Numbered from the stretch's first letter, positions 27,560 to 42,202 are shown. The stretch is 64,000 nucleotides of DNA from Octopus sinensis (GCF_006345805.1 NC_042998.1:151280001-151344000); one strand, 5' to 3'. Notes: generated by a model not told the origin, from the sequence alone. Numbers and translations are program-made.

Positions 27560-30030
27560 TGTGTGCGTGTGTGTGTGTGTGTGTATGGCGAACAACAGGC
27601 AGTAGCAGGCCAGTAGTAAAATTAAGGAGTGGTGCAGGTCAAAATGGCAGGTCAAAAACAGAGAGGTATGTGTGTGTGCGTGTATGTATGCGTTTGTATG
27701 TGTGTGTGTGTAAGCGTAAATGGATGTATATGCATGTATCCGTGGGGTTGTGAGTATTTTCGCGCGTGTGCGTGCGTATGTGCGCGCATGTTTTGGTGTG
27801 TGTATGTATGTGTGTGTCTGTGCTTATCTGTGTGTACGTATGTGTATGTGTTCGTGCGCGTGTAGGTATATGTTGTGTGTATGTGAATTAGTGTGTGTTT
27901 GTACGTGTTTATGTGTGCGTGCGTGTATTGTATATATATGTAAATGTGTGTGTGTGCGTGTGTGTGTACGTGCGTGGGATTGAATGTATGTATGTATGTG
28001 CGTGTGTGTACAAATGTAGGGGTTTATATGTGTGTTTATATGTTTATATGTGTGTATATATATGCATGCAAGGACACACTCCACAACTGAAAGACTGATG
28101 GAAAAAAACTCTTTCGGTGCGGGCGCATGCGTATCCACAGGCACACACACGCACGCACCGACGTACGCCCGAAACAAAGCCAACCCCACAGGCATGCATG
28201 TATGCATGTATGTATGTATGTGTACGCGCGTGTGCATGCGTGTGAGTATGTAGGTATGTGTGTGTGTATGCATGTATGTGTGAGGGTGTATGTGTGTATG
28301 TCTCTATGTATGTCTGTATGAGTGTATGTAAGTATGTGTGTATGTGTATGTGTGTATGTGTGAGGGTGTATGTGTGTATGTCTGTATGTATGTATGTATG
28401 TGTATGAGTGTATGTAAGTATGTGTGTGTATGTGTATGTGTGTATGTGTGTGTGTATGTATGTATGTATGTATGTATGTGTGTGTATGTGTGTATGTATG
28501 TATGTATGTGTGTATGTGTGTAAGTGTGTGTGTGTATGTATGTATGTATGTGTGTGTGTGTATGTATATGTGCATGCGTGTATGTGTGTATGTGTGTGTG
28601 TATGTATGTATGCATGCATGTGTGTATGTGTGTGTGTGTATGCTTGTGTGTATGTATATGTGTATGTACGTATGTGTGTGTGTATGTATGTGTGTGTATG
28701 TATGTGTGTGTGTGTATGTATGCATGTGTGTATGTGTGTGTGTGTATATGTATGTGTGTATGTATGTGTGTATGTATGTATGTATGTATGTGTGTGTATG
28801 TGTATGTTTGTGTGTGTATGTATGTATGTATGAATGTATGTATGTGTGTGTACGTATGTGTCAGTGTGCGTGTGAATGTATGCGTGTGTGAGTGGGGTTT
28901 TCTCTGGAGTTGTGTGGGCGTAAAGTATGTATGTATGCGTGTGTGTGTGTGTATGTATGTATGTATGCGTGTTTGCGTGTATGTGGGTGTGTATGTATGT
29001 ATGTGTGTATGTATGTATGTATGTGTGAGTGTGTATGAGTGTATGTGTGTATGTGTGTATGTATGTATGTATGTGTGTATGCATTATGTATGTGTGTGTG
29101 TAAGTGTGTGTGTGTGTAGTATGTATGTAGGTATGTATGTGTGCGCACGTGCATGCATGTATGTATGTATGATGTATGTATGTATAGACACGCACACACA
29201 CACAAAACACACACAATCACGCATAAGGGGCCGGCAGCACCTCAAGCGCGTGCGAGATCCCGCGGACCCACAAACACCCACACCAAAAAAAAAACATCAC
29301 CATCAATCCCTCAACTATAAAGCGTGCGCCTGGATAAAAATATATGTATATGTGTGTGCATGCGTGTATGCGTGTGTGTATGTATGCATGTATGTGTGCA
29401 TGCGTGTATGTGTGCATGTTTGTGTGTGTGTATGTATGTATGCATGTGTGTGTGTGTATGTGTGTATGTATATGTGTACATGCGTATGTGTGTGTGTATG
29501 TATGTGTGTATGTATGTATGTGTGTGTGTATGCATGTATGTGTGTATGTGTGTATGTATGTATGTATGTATGTATGTATGTGTGTATGTATGTATGTATG
29601 TGTGTATGTATCTGTGTATGTATGTATGTGTGTGTATGTGTATGTTTGTATGTGTATGTATGTATGTATGAATGAATGTGTGAGTGTATGTATGAATGTG
29701 TGTGCACGTATGTATGTGTGTGTGTGTGTGGTTGTATGCGTGTGTGCGTGGGGTTTCCTCTGGGGTTGTGTGTGTGTAATGTACATGCGCGTGACGTGCG
29801 TGTATGTGTGTGTGTGTCTCTACTAGGTGTTTATAAGGGTGTGCGTATCTGTATGGGTATTGTTTGTTGGTGTATGTGCACGGGCATGTGTGTGTGCGCG
29901 TGTGCGTGTGTGGGTATGTGTGTAGGTGTGGAAGTATGTGTGTGGTGTGTTGGAAGTAGGTGTGTTGGAAGTAGGTATGTTGGGGGGTGCGTGGATACGT
30001 GGGTATGCGTGTGTGTGTTTCTGTATAAGG
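27560..30030. repeat. Compound (TG)n/(TATG)n microsatellite block, ~2.5 kb
   Basis: Direct reading. Source of the many spurious CV/HT ORFs. Confidence 0.95.
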
Positions 30031-30543
30031 ATTAAAAAAAGGGGCGGGTAAAAAGTGAGGTGAAGCGCAGTCCCTAAGAGGAGGGGGCTGTGTTGAGTCC
30101 GTGTGGGGTATTGGTTTGTAGAGTAGAGTGAAGAGATGAATTGCTCCAAGTGAAGCCTGGATGTGGAAGACCGTGGTGTGGGCGAGACAAAACACAGAGA
30201 TGTCATCGGGAAATGGCTGGCCGAGCGGAAGTGACGTGCGACGGGAGAAAAAGACGTAGACGAACATCCCTTAGATGTTCGGCGAATCGGTCTGACAACC
30301 GGCGTCCGTCGGTCCTATATACAGCATTCCGCAGAGGTTGCATTTAATACAGTATATGAGGCCAGACGAAGTGCACGTGAAAGAATGTCTGATACGTACG
30401 GTTCGCTGGTTGGAACCGTGACAGCAGTGGTGTTGGTGATGAAGGGGGCAGGTGTTGCAGCGGGATCTAGAGCACGGGAATGATCCGTGTGGGCTGAGGG
30501 GGGGAGAAGAGAGGGTGCTACATATATGTATATATATATATAG

Positions 30544-30577
<34 letters not shown>

Positions 30578-30661
30578 CTTCCATTTTCCTGAGCGCCTAA
30601 AATAATAATACTGTAATTGTTCCACGGTGTTGTTGTTTTTTCTGTTTTCCCGTTTGGATTA

Positions 30662-30700
<39 letters not shown>

Positions 30701-30704
30701 CTAT

Positions 30705-30740
<36 letters not shown>

Positions 30741-30934
30741 GATATATATATATAGCTATATATGTATATAATATATACTATATTATATGTATAGATGTAG
30801 GTATTATGTATATATGCATATTTATACTTCATTTATATTACATATATATATATATATAAAATATGTATATATACATAAATACATGTACATACCTACATAT
30901 ATAGATATATGTATATATACATGCATATATGGGT

Positions 30935-31088
30935 ACAGAACATAAAAAAGTGGACATAATGAGAAACGAAAACAAAAATGAAAACAGAAAACGAACATTT
31001 TTTGAACAACGAAAAAACAGAGAACCGAGACATGTAGCATAAAAAACATTCCCTTCATCAGTTGTCCCTTTTTCATCGACTCCGCGTT

Positions 31089-31090
<2 letters not shown>
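30935..31090 (-). mobile_element. Penelope-type pLTR fragment
   Basis: Minus strand cgcggagtcgatgaaaaagggacaactgatgaaggg followed by a T-rich tract, between TA repeats. Confidence 0.45.
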
Positions 31091-31128
<38 letters not shown>

Positions 31129-31149
31129 TATATATATATATGTGTGTGT

Positions 31150-31456
31150 GTGGAACCGCAATGGCCCAGTGGTTACAGCAGCGGACTCGCGGTCATAGAA
31201 TCGCGGTTTCGTTTCCCAGAGCGGGCGTTGTGAGTGTTTTTTGAGCGAAAACACCTAAAGCTCCACGAGGCTCCGGCAGGGGATGGTGGTGATCTTCTGT
31301 ACTATTTCGTCACAACTTTTTCTCACTCTTTCTTCTGTTGGCCTGCTCGCTTAGCCAGCGCGGTGGCGTCATTTGAAGGCAAAAACAATGTGTAGCGCAT
31401 TGTGACCAGCGATGTGTAGCAACATCTGATAGCCTGGTCGGTCACGGTCACGTGAT
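31150..31456 (+). mobile_element. tRNA-derived SINE (second family)
   Basis: A-box tggcccagtggt and B-box-like ggtttcgtttccc. A copy on the minus strand at 63378-63635 and a related head at 50707-50865. Confidence 0.8.
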
Positions 31457-31465
31457 ATATATATA

Positions 31466-31520
<55 letters not shown>

Positions 31521-31522
31521 CA

Positions 31523-32986
31523 CTAGCATTATGACCCGTCGTTGCCGGGTCATAGTGCTAGTCCATGTATATATGTGTATATATATGTGAACATATTACA
31601 CGTACTTCTATATATATACATCTACACATAAAATACAAAATACAAAGTTATATCTTGATATCGCTAGTGATAACAATACTCAAAATATATAACAGACTGG
31701 AATTGTAGGCCCGTCTCTTGCAATTTTGATCAATTGTATCTTGTCCTCCCTCTTGTATGTGTGGCTACAATCCAGCCTACCTCTACTTCAGGGGAGATAT
31801 ATTTAATTTCTATCCGGGACGTCCTATGTCTTAGATATAAAGGTAAAAATAAAATATTTCCACTTTGCAAGGTTCGAGTCGAGTACTCCCTTGTACGCTC
31901 CGTTGACTCGAACCTTGCTTCTATTGTGGCGAATTTACCGCCTCTGGTTAGATATCTTTCATAGTCGCACCAAGACACTTTTCTATGGTACTTTCCTCCA
32001 GGTGTTCAAATCTTTTTTTCCCTCTATATTGTATACTTTATAGACAATAGTTTTTTCTTTAATTTAAGTTTTTATTTCGTTTGGTGGTGTTATCCTAGAT
32101 TCACCGTTTTTGTCTGTGATCAATCCATATTTCTTCCATTTTAATTTCAATGAGTTCGCGCCCGCCGACGGCTGCAGCGAAATTCATTTTTGGACTTTCT
32201 TCTATCGAAGGCATTCTAACAAAAATGCTTCTATGTAAACGGTGAAAATATTGTCAATTTCCCCAAACAGGGACAGAATTCAATTTTTAAACAATAACCA
32301 AAGCTCCTTCTCTCAAAAGGGGAGGGTTAGAGTTTATAATTATTTGACAAATGCAACACAACAATGTTTCCTTTACGAGGAACCAAGAAACGTGATAACA
32401 ATAGTTAAACAGTAATAATAATAACATCAAACGTTATGATGAGTCAGAAAGCAGTAAGCAGTTGAAGCGTTAGTCCTTTATGTATAAGAAATAAACCAAC
32501 AGCAGTATTCTGTAGGAGTGGCTGTTCGAGAAAACAGATATTACATACAGTTAAACTTCATATAGATACTTAATGCTAGCTAAGTAGCAGATAATCTAAT
32601 GTAAAAGCACAGCTCCATCTGGACTATTCCATTTCTGTACGCTAATTTTATTTTTAATTTATTCCCATTCATGTGAAACCACTTATTCAAGTTCAAGTCA
32701 TTGATGCAATTTTATACCAATTGCTATTTTTACTTTTGTTATGTTACGATTATATTATACTTTAGTTTGATTTTAATTATTACTTACTACATATAATTCA
32801 ATTGTTATTATTATTTTTACTGTTAAAGTGAAAGCATCTGACATAAAATAGAGAAATATTTTTGTTTCACTTTTAACACGTAATACTGAAATAGTGGAGA
32901 AGATATGATATTGCTATGGGCTCCCTCTAGGCAAGAAGCTGAACATTTTTTTTGCCCATGAAACTACATGGAGGCATGTGTAAAAT
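31523..32986 (-). mobile_element. Non-autonomous Helitron, 5'-truncated copy
   Basis: 3' end gacccggcaacgacgggtcataatgCTAG|T. Colinear with 45482-46915 at high identity. Confidence 0.85.
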
Positions 32987-33009
32987 GCCTCATCGGTAGA
33001 TAATACCGT

Positions 33010-33640
33010 GATAATATTTTCAAAGTGGGAGGTAATAATCCAGCTACTTGTCCATGATAAAATGCTTTGATGATCGATGTTACTATCATAATGGAGCTTT
33101 CTACTAACATATTTATGCATAGTCTTCTTCTTACATAGGCTCATCCTTTCATCTAATATGTTGTAGTAGAGTTGTGTGACTTCTTTGGGCATGTATTCTA
33201 GGTTATCAGACAAAGAGTGTTGCTCAAGGAGCTGCCTTCCAAGTATTATGATGCTATCAGCTTCATGTATGCAAACTTGGTCAAGGGATGCACTTCGAAT
33301 ATTGGTAGTTAAACGATGTTGCCGAAGGGATATGAAGCGACATTTAAATGCATTTTGGATCGATGTTAAGCCTCTGCCGCCTTGTTTACATTTTAGGTAA
33401 AGGCGGTGTACATCACTGTTTATGTGGAAATTATGTGTGCTTGTTAGTATTTTTCGTGTTCTCACATCAATGGCACGGATCTCATTAAGTGTCTAATCAA
33501 GTAGCCCAAATGTTGGTTTAAGTACTGGCACTGCAAACACATTGTGGGCCACTGTTTTATTGAATGCAGAGTGTTCTGAGGTCCACATATTCTTTATTCG
33601 GCTGTAATATTCTTTAGTGACACATGTTTTGTTACAGGTG
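33010..33640 (-). mobile_element. R4-like LINE fragment
   Basis: HNVFAVPVLKPTFG, NFHINSDVHRLYLKCKQGGRGL and KKTMHKY. Same family as 18300-18770. Confidence 0.8.
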
Positions 33641-33965
33641 TAAGAACGAATGGTTTTTCACACTATTTGTTTATAGTCAGCGACCGGCGATTCAGTTCGT
33701 TCTCGGTCCGGTTCAGGTACGTAATATTGATAAGCCGCGAAAAATGGCGAAATATCAGTATTCATCGCTGTGAGATTGGAGGCCAACTTTCTCGCTCGCC
33801 CATTATTTTCAGGTGTCTTGACACGCAGTTGTCACCAAGAAGTTGTCATGAGAGCTCTGTGACGCAGTGAACCGGCGAACAAGCAAAACACATACATTGA
33901 GTATGTGTGGACAATAACATACACACACACGCACATGCATGTATGTATTGTGCATATAATGTATT

Positions 33966-33997
<32 letters not shown>

Positions 33998-34079
33998 TGT
34001 ATGTATGTATGTATGTATGTATGTATGTATGTATGTATGTATGTCTATCTATCTATTTATCTATCTATATATATATACT

Positions 34080-34291
34080 CTCTTTTATTACTTGTTTCAG
34101 TCATTTGATACGGCCACGCTGGAGCACCGCCTTTAGTCGAGCAACTCGACCCCGGGACTTATTCTTTGTAAGCCCAGTACTTACTCTATCGGTCTCTTTT
34201 GCCGAACCGCTAAGTGACGAGGATATAAACACACCAGCATCGGTTGTCAAGCAATGCTAGGGGGACAAACACAGACACACAAACACACACG

Positions 34292-34324
<33 letters not shown>

Positions 34325-34498
34325 GTACATATATACGACGGGCTTCTTTCAGTTTCCGTCTACCAAATCCACTCACAAGGCTTTGGTCGGCCCGAGGCTA
34401 TAGTAGAAGACACTTGCCCAAGGTGCCACGCAGTGGGACTGAAGCCGGGACTATGTGGTTGGTAAGCAAGCTACTTACCACACAGCCACTCCTGCGCC
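34080..34498 (-). mobile_element. Full-length tRNA-derived SINE with internal TA/CA microsatellite
   Basis: Head ggcgcaggagtggctgtgtggtaagtagc..cagtcccactgcgtggcaccttgggcaagtgtctt; internal simple repeat; 3' part ending tgactgaaacaagtaa. Confidence 0.85.
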
Positions 34499-34730
34499 TA
34501 TATCTGTCTATATAATACAATTAATAAGAGGAATGACCACTAAAGTGGATGGCGCTGGAGCGAGCGACCGATGCCGGGCGACAGGTTTTTTTTTTTAATG
34601 GTTGGGAGAAAAATAAAACATTTCAAACTTTTATATATATTTTGGCTCTGACTCGTGTAACGAACAATTTCGTTAACGAATAGGGCTCTGAAATGGGTTA
34701 TGTTCGTAGAGACATCACTATAGTTAGAAA

Positions 34731-35510
<780 letters not shown>

Positions 35511-35762
35511 AAAGTGCGAACAAAAACCGGCCATTGAAAGCAGTGAACAACGTAAACGTCGGACACACAGACACAGAACGGAAACCCAGCACAACCACAC
35601 ACCGACACATACAAGAATACACATACACAAAGTAACACATATCTATACATCCACACACACATATGCAGTTACACATACACAGTTACAGCTACATACACAT
35701 ACACTGACACATATACACACACAAAGGCCGTCAGCAGACATTATCTCCTCTGCTGCTTCTCT

Positions 35763-35804
<42 letters not shown>

Positions 35805-36281
35805 TTCCGTTTCTCCCTCTCTATATATTTTATACTCTTTCTTCTTCACTTTTTTAATCTCACATTTTGTTCCCCTTTCGTCCTCACTTCTACTTCTCTT
35901 TTACTTTTTCTCTTTCTTTTCTTTTGTCTCCTTCTCTCTTTCCCTCTCTTTGCAGAGATACAGCTTCCTGTTTATCACTTGACGGTGGCCGTTGTTAAAG
36001 TGCCGACTCTACTACAAATAATAGACGGTCTATGCTATGTTAGACGCAATAGCGGCGAGCACACCCGCATGTATTAATGCTTACGGCTATATGACAGTGC
36101 GTCACTGTTCACGTCATTCAATGTGTGTGACTGTGTGTGTGTGCTTCGAGATTATAAAGTGATGTAAGTGCATACACATGAAATTATGCAGACTATACAC
36201 ATATGAGCTTCAAGAGAACACGGCTTGGATTGTAGCCCCATCTACACACTCACGCACACACACATACGCACGCACACAACA

Positions 36282-36332
<51 letters not shown>

Positions 36333-36334
36333 AA

Positions 36335-36749
36335 TAGGTGCAGTTTGCTTCCTAAATACATGGTTTCGCGTTCAAACTGAAAGAAGCTCGTCGTATATAT
36401 GTAGACATGTATGTGCGTGTGTTTGTCCCTATAGAATAAGTGCCAGGCTTAACACAAAGTAAGTACTGGGGTCGGTTCATTCGACTAAAACTTCTTCAAG
36501 AAGGTGCCCCAGCATGGTCGCAGTCTAGTAATTGAAGCAAGATGTAAAACACATAGACATATCGATATAGGAGGCAGGAGTTGCTGTGTGGTAAGAAGCC
36601 TGCTTCCAAACCACATGGTTCAATGTTCAGTCCTATTGCATGGCACCTTGGGCAAGTGCCTTCGACTATAGCCTCAGGCTGACCAAAGCCTTGTGAGTGG
36701 ATTTGGCAGACGGAAACTGAAAGAAGACCTTCGTGTATATATATATATC

Positions 36750-36802
<53 letters not shown>

Positions 36803-37268
36803 GACGGGCTCTTACAGTTTTCAACGCTGAATCATGTGGTTAGGAAGTAAACTGCTGCACCAATACATATGTGTATGTATGTATACATATTTGTGTCTCT
36901 GTTTGTCCCCCCCACCATCGCTTGACAACCGATGCTGGTTGTGTTTACGTCTCCGTAAGATAGTGATTTGGCAAAAAGAGACCGATAGAATAAGTACTAA
37001 GCATACAAAGAATAAGTGCTGAGATCGATTTGTTCGACTAAAGGCGGTGCTTCAGCATGGTCGCAGTCAAATGACTAGAACAAGTCAAAGAATACAAGAA
37101 TATATAGATATACATACATACATAAGCGGAAGCGTGGCTGTTTGGTAAGAAGCTTGCTTCCCAAACACATGGTTCCACGTTCAGTCGCACTGCATAGCAT
37201 TTTGGGCAAGTATCTCGCCGAGCAAGCCTTGTGAATGGGTTTGGTAGACGAAACTGAAGAAGCCGTCG

Positions 37269-37270
<2 letters not shown>
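36335..37270 (+). mobile_element. Cluster of three SINE copies (36335-36545 deleted, 36568-37100, 37127-37270)
   Basis: Repeated gtggtaagaagc(c/t)tgcttcc, gaaactgaa(a)gaag and cagcatggtcgcagtc. Confidence 0.8.
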
Positions 37271-37299
<29 letters not shown>

Positions 37300-37339
37300 G
37301 TATATATATGTATAATATATATATATATATATAGATATT

Positions 37340-38520
37340 GAAGAAAAGTAAAAAGAAAACAGAAAATGCACATTAGATATAAAAGATAAAGGCTTTTTTA
37401 AAGAAAAGTAAAGATGACCCTTGAACCTAAATCAATACTAATCAGGAGACATTACCTAACATCATTAATAAATTCTAGCATTAAGGGAAGTTAACCGAAA
37501 TACCACACCAGACTTGAAAATACTCCCATACATCTCCACACACAACCCTGGAAACAATGAGGCCTTCAACATCATCATCCAAAATCTACCCATCCTCACT
37601 GGAGATAAAACAATGAACAAAATTTTTAGCTCACACAAAATTATCAAGAGCAAAATGTAACCGAAATTGTTGCAAAAAATATTAACCAGCGCAAGACAAT
37701 ATCCAGTTACAAGGGAACCAAAAGTGAAAATATGTGAGCGGCCTTAACTGTGGCCCATGCCCCACCTTTTGGAGGGTACCGACTTTCACTTCAAACAAGA
37801 TAAAATATCTAAGATAAAATCAAATATCACCTGTGCCTCTGAAAACTTAATCTACGCTATTAGGGTGCGGAAATCCCTATATGGGCCAAACAAGAATGTC
37901 ACTCCGACGAAGAACAACTCTTCACAAAGAACAAATCCGCTACCCACAATATAGACAGACACAGGTCAGTGAGCACATAGAAAGATGTACTAGGATCCTT
38001 AAACCGAATTTCCTAATTTTACCTTTTTATCAATGTTCACAGAATACCTCAGTACAGCAAAGATTAAATAAAGAGGCAACTTTCATTTATAAATATCATC
38101 CACAACTCAGCATGAATACACAGCTTAATACAGGATACCACTAACCTTACCAATACCAACATCCCATATACCATTCATATTCCACCTTAATTGCATCACT
38201 TCCAGAACTGCAAACCTCCCTTGCATGTCATCTTTTCATTCAGGTACTATTAGACCCAACACCGTTTGGAAACCGGTGTTCATTCAAAGTCAGTGATCAG
38301 CTCTGATGATACTGGTATGTCTTTGAATCTCTCTAATGATTCATAATAAAGACTTATATACTTCATAGTTCCACTCCAAATAATCTAATTGTTTGTATAT
38401 ATCTTTACTTTTCTTTAAAAAGCCTTTGTTTTATATCTAATGTGCATTTTCTCTGTTTTCATTTTACTTTTCCTCTATTTATACAACGTGTAGTCTTTTT
38501 ACTTTGAAACCTATCTCTAT
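37340..38520 (+). mobile_element. 5'-truncated Penelope-like element with inverted pLTR end
   Basis: YISTHNPGN, NITCASENLIYAI, GQTRMSLRRRTTLHKEQI and FIYKYHPQL. 37342-37415 is the reverse complement of 38401-38473. Confidence 0.88.
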
Positions 38521-38719
38521 TTTATATATATAGATATATATATATATATATATATACTCGCAGGCTCACACACACACATACACAAAGAAACGCACACACA
38601 CACACACGCGCACATATATATATATGGGGAGAAGATTTCATCCCTAATATTTAGAATGTTATCTGTTGACTGTACGTATGTATGTATGTATGTTTCTATA
38701 TCATGTATCTTCTACATGA

Positions 38720-38915
38720 TTCAGGCCTGAGACTGCAGTCATGCTGCAGCACCACCTAGGAGAATATCAGTCAAACTAATCGACCCCAGTACTTGTGTTT
38801 TTCTTAAGCCTGGTTTTTATTCTTTGGTCTTGCCGATCTGCTAAGTTACGGGAACGTAAATACAGTAGCACCGGTTGTCAAGGGGTGGTGGGGGACAAAC
38901 ACAGACACAAATACA
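38720..38915 (-). mobile_element. SINE 3' fragment
   Basis: gactgcagtcatgctg..atcgaccccagtact..ccggttgtcaag..gggacaaacacagacac. Confidence 0.7.
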
Positions 38916-39769
38916 CACACACACTATAGAGATTTGTTGAACGGTTTTCTTCATCCAAAGACTCCAATCTATTTGTTCAGCCTGTCTATAACAATGTTTA
39001 CTGGAAATTTATCAGTCTAACCGGGAATTTCCTTAAAGTTTGTTTTATTAACATATACATACATTTAAGAAAACGAAAGAAAATTTACTACAAGATTCAT
39101 CAAATATTAAAAGAAATTGGGTGTGTAACATCCAATTTCTTTTAATTACAGTGTAGAAGACATACATGTTCTTATATCGTGTATATTGCCTTGTATGATA
39201 TATTCTTGCCTTTCCAACTCTAGATCTCTTCTTATTTTGAAATAAATTATTATTTCCGTATCGAATAGTATCCCTTTTCTTATTCCATATCATCCAACCA
39301 ATCATCGCTAAAATACTCAAACATTTTCACTGTCTGTTAATTATATACCGAATTTCACGTTCCATTTATCGTAATCCTCTGTAGATCGGCAATGCGAAGC
39401 TCGGAGTAATGGTTTGCAAAGTTTTTTTATTTTCTAATAAACTATGTTATTCTACACTCAGTATTGATTGCTCATTATTCTCTCCCTTGTTTACGTTTAC
39501 GTCTTCACACAAACATCTACACGTACACAAAATGCATACACACCCTCTTCGTCTGTATTCACGTTTAGGTCCCATAACCTAGCACTCCCATGCTAGACAT
39601 CATAACCAAATCGACTAAAATCTTTGAATGCAGTGCACCAGTATGACTGCAGTCCAACGATTGAAGCAAAAGAACAAAAATAAAAGAATTGCACTCACAT
39701 GTATGCATGTTTGTAGTTATGGACGTTTGCAGGCATGCATGTGTGCATGCATTCTCTTTCTCTTTTTAA

Positions 39770-41290
39770 TTTAGAGTTAATTTTAACCGATCACCTACTT
39801 GGTAGCAAGGTTGTATAGGAATGCATCTTGTTTTGTTCATCCTATAAATCTTGAGAAGGTCTTGCAGATTTGTATTGTCTTTCATATTGTGATTATTTGT
39901 AGTGTATGAATTAAGTTCTCTCTCATGAATTATGTTCTCTCTCAAGAGCCAAAGTCTAGCCATACTTTGCTCCAGACGGGCTGGTACGTTATCCAGTGGC
40001 TACAATGGCAATAGGTATGAGCTGAAAGTGTATCTTGGGTACTGGATTTGCAAATTTCTAATCAATAGTTCATAGAGGTCCTCTTTTACCTGTATTTTTC
40101 TAACTCCATTGATGTCCAGAGGACATCTGGACACAACAGAGCATTTCCTTTCCTTGTGATCCCACACAGCAATATCTGACCAGCTGTGCTTTAACTTGGT
40201 GACTGTTTTAAATTCTAAGTTCCACCAAGATTCTTTTGACCCATCGGTCTCAATCTAGTCAACTTCACACAAACAACGTCTGTTGGTGTTTTCTCTATTG
40301 TTGCCCTGTTCCTGGCTGTTGTGACCACTGCATCATGGTTCATGGGAAAATAACATCTGGAAGGCATTCTCTCACCGTAGTCAATAATGTGGTTGATGTC
40401 TTCAGTCATAATTTTGCACAACCTACATTTATTGTTTGTCAATGTTTTATGCTTTTATGCTACAAGCATTTGGTGGGGATCTGTTATTCTTGAAATACAT
40501 GGAGGTAGCCTTCGTAGTGAGATGTTATAACTTGCCGGTACTCCATGTCAAGCCCTTGATGTAATCAATTCCTTCCATGATTTGTGTCTTTCGTGCCAAG
40601 TTCCCATGTACTACTTTTATAGCAAACTGGTCCACTTTTTTTTTATTTTGTTCTTCTGTTAAACAGAATTTACCAATGCTCCTTGGGGAAAGATTCGATT
40701 CAGCTTTCATTTCATGCCTCTCCTTAAGTTCATTAGTTATTCTAATTATGTCATGGTCGTTAACTTAGGTGAGAGAATTACACGTGCTTCATATGACATC
40801 AATACAGATTTGAGACTATGACCACTATCCTTGCGTGGGAAGTAAACCTTGTCTACGTTTCCACTGATGTTGAAGTTTCCGGTAACACTGAACAGCTTAC
40901 GGGTTCGAACATCTATCATACTGAGTTCTTGTGAGCAGTTCAGAAGACCAAATGTAAGCACTGAAAAGGTGTCGTTGGCAATATGCTTGTTGTAAGCTGA
41001 GAGAGCTAACGTCCATATTGATTTTACCCTCTTCAGATACTCATTCCTCGTCCTCACCTTATTGATGGATCCTTCATAGCTGACATTCTTACCCTATCCA
41101 AGATATTTGTAACTTTCCCCAGAGAGCAGAGGTTGTATTTCAAGGATGTTTATATTTATAGTCTTGGATGAGAGCATAAGATTACCACCAAAAATGCACG
41201 TTTGGACTTTCAATGTCTTTGGAGAACTGGGTTATGCGATTCAGTTGCTTTTTGATGTGGTCAATATTTGAAAGAAAAGGTGGGCGATGC
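39770..41290 (-). mobile_element. R4-like RLE LINE 3' relic
   Basis: ESYKYLG, YLKRVKSIW, CRLCKIMTEDINHII, HDAV and SDIAVWDHKERKC. Confidence 0.8.
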
Positions 41291-42087
41291 TATTGAACCC
41301 ATTCCTATAATTGCTGTGTTTTGTGATTAGGTATGATAGGGAGTTCAGTGAGAGACCAACAATAATAGCGATATACATGTATGTATGTATGTATGTATGT
41401 ATGTATGTATGTATGGATGGATGGATGTGTGAGTGTATTATATATGTATGTGTGTATGTATGTATGTATGAAATGTGTGTGTGTGTGAGAGAGAGAGAGA
41501 TCCCCTAGTTTATGTTTTAACATCATTCTAGGAGGAAATCTCTGATGTAACATCTACGACTTTGCATCTAGTGATGTTTTAGACTAGTTCTTCTTTGGGG
41601 ACAAATGCATTCCTTGTTTTAAGAATGAGATTTCGTCCAGTGCAAAGCCTTTTCTCACTTTAAAATGCATCAGTCACTGGAATCGCTTGATTTTTAAACA
41701 ACTCTTTAAATGTTGCATACTATGAGCCGTGTGGCTCCTAACTTTCTCTCAACACCTACTGTAACAGCTCCCATTGTTGACACATATGTGTAAAGAACTG
41801 TAAGTCCTAAGACGGAAAAGCCATATCTATGCTGCTTATGCTCAAGAGAACAATCAAGAGAAGATTGCTTGAAACCGAATAGTAGCCATCACGTATGCCA
41901 TAGAGTATTTTAACTGCCTTTCATAGAGAATGCTGCTTTTTGTTTCGACTAATATTTCAGCATGACAACCTGGCACACCACGTGATCATTTTCACGTATG
42001 GAAACTGTAAGTAATCGACGACGTAGGTTTCAGCCGACTAGATAACACGAGCACCACAAATAAATACGATGCGTGTGTGTGTGTGTG

Positions 42088-42134
<47 letters not shown>

Positions 42135-42202
42135 ATATTATATATATATATAAATATAACACACACACACACACACAGACACAAACACACACACACGCAC
42201 AC

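Larger units (their letters stand above)
27247..30520 (-). mobile_element. Penelope-like 3' portion: GIY-YIG (30090-30520), long microsatellite block, pLTR (27247-27560)
   Basis: PCSRSRCNTCPFI, FTCTSSGLIYCIKCNLCGMLYIG and RRLSDRFAEHLRD. The pLTR has CCGACGA..GAAACGTC. A homologous inverted end lies at 30585-30666. Confidence 0.7.

Noticed and set aside
28036-30267. Long ORFs (up to 390 aa) rich in C/V/M/Y or H/T/Y
   Set aside because: Translations of stop-free TG/TATG microsatellites. The same applies to most ORFs in the track.
38260-38350. CTGATGA and GAAACCGGT in the Penelope 3' region
   Set aside because: Order and pairing do not give a complete hammerhead; probably a decayed or deleted copy.
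38930-39480. Unique-looking segment with 90-aa ORF
   Set aside because: No recognisable motif; cannot assign to a gene or transposon.
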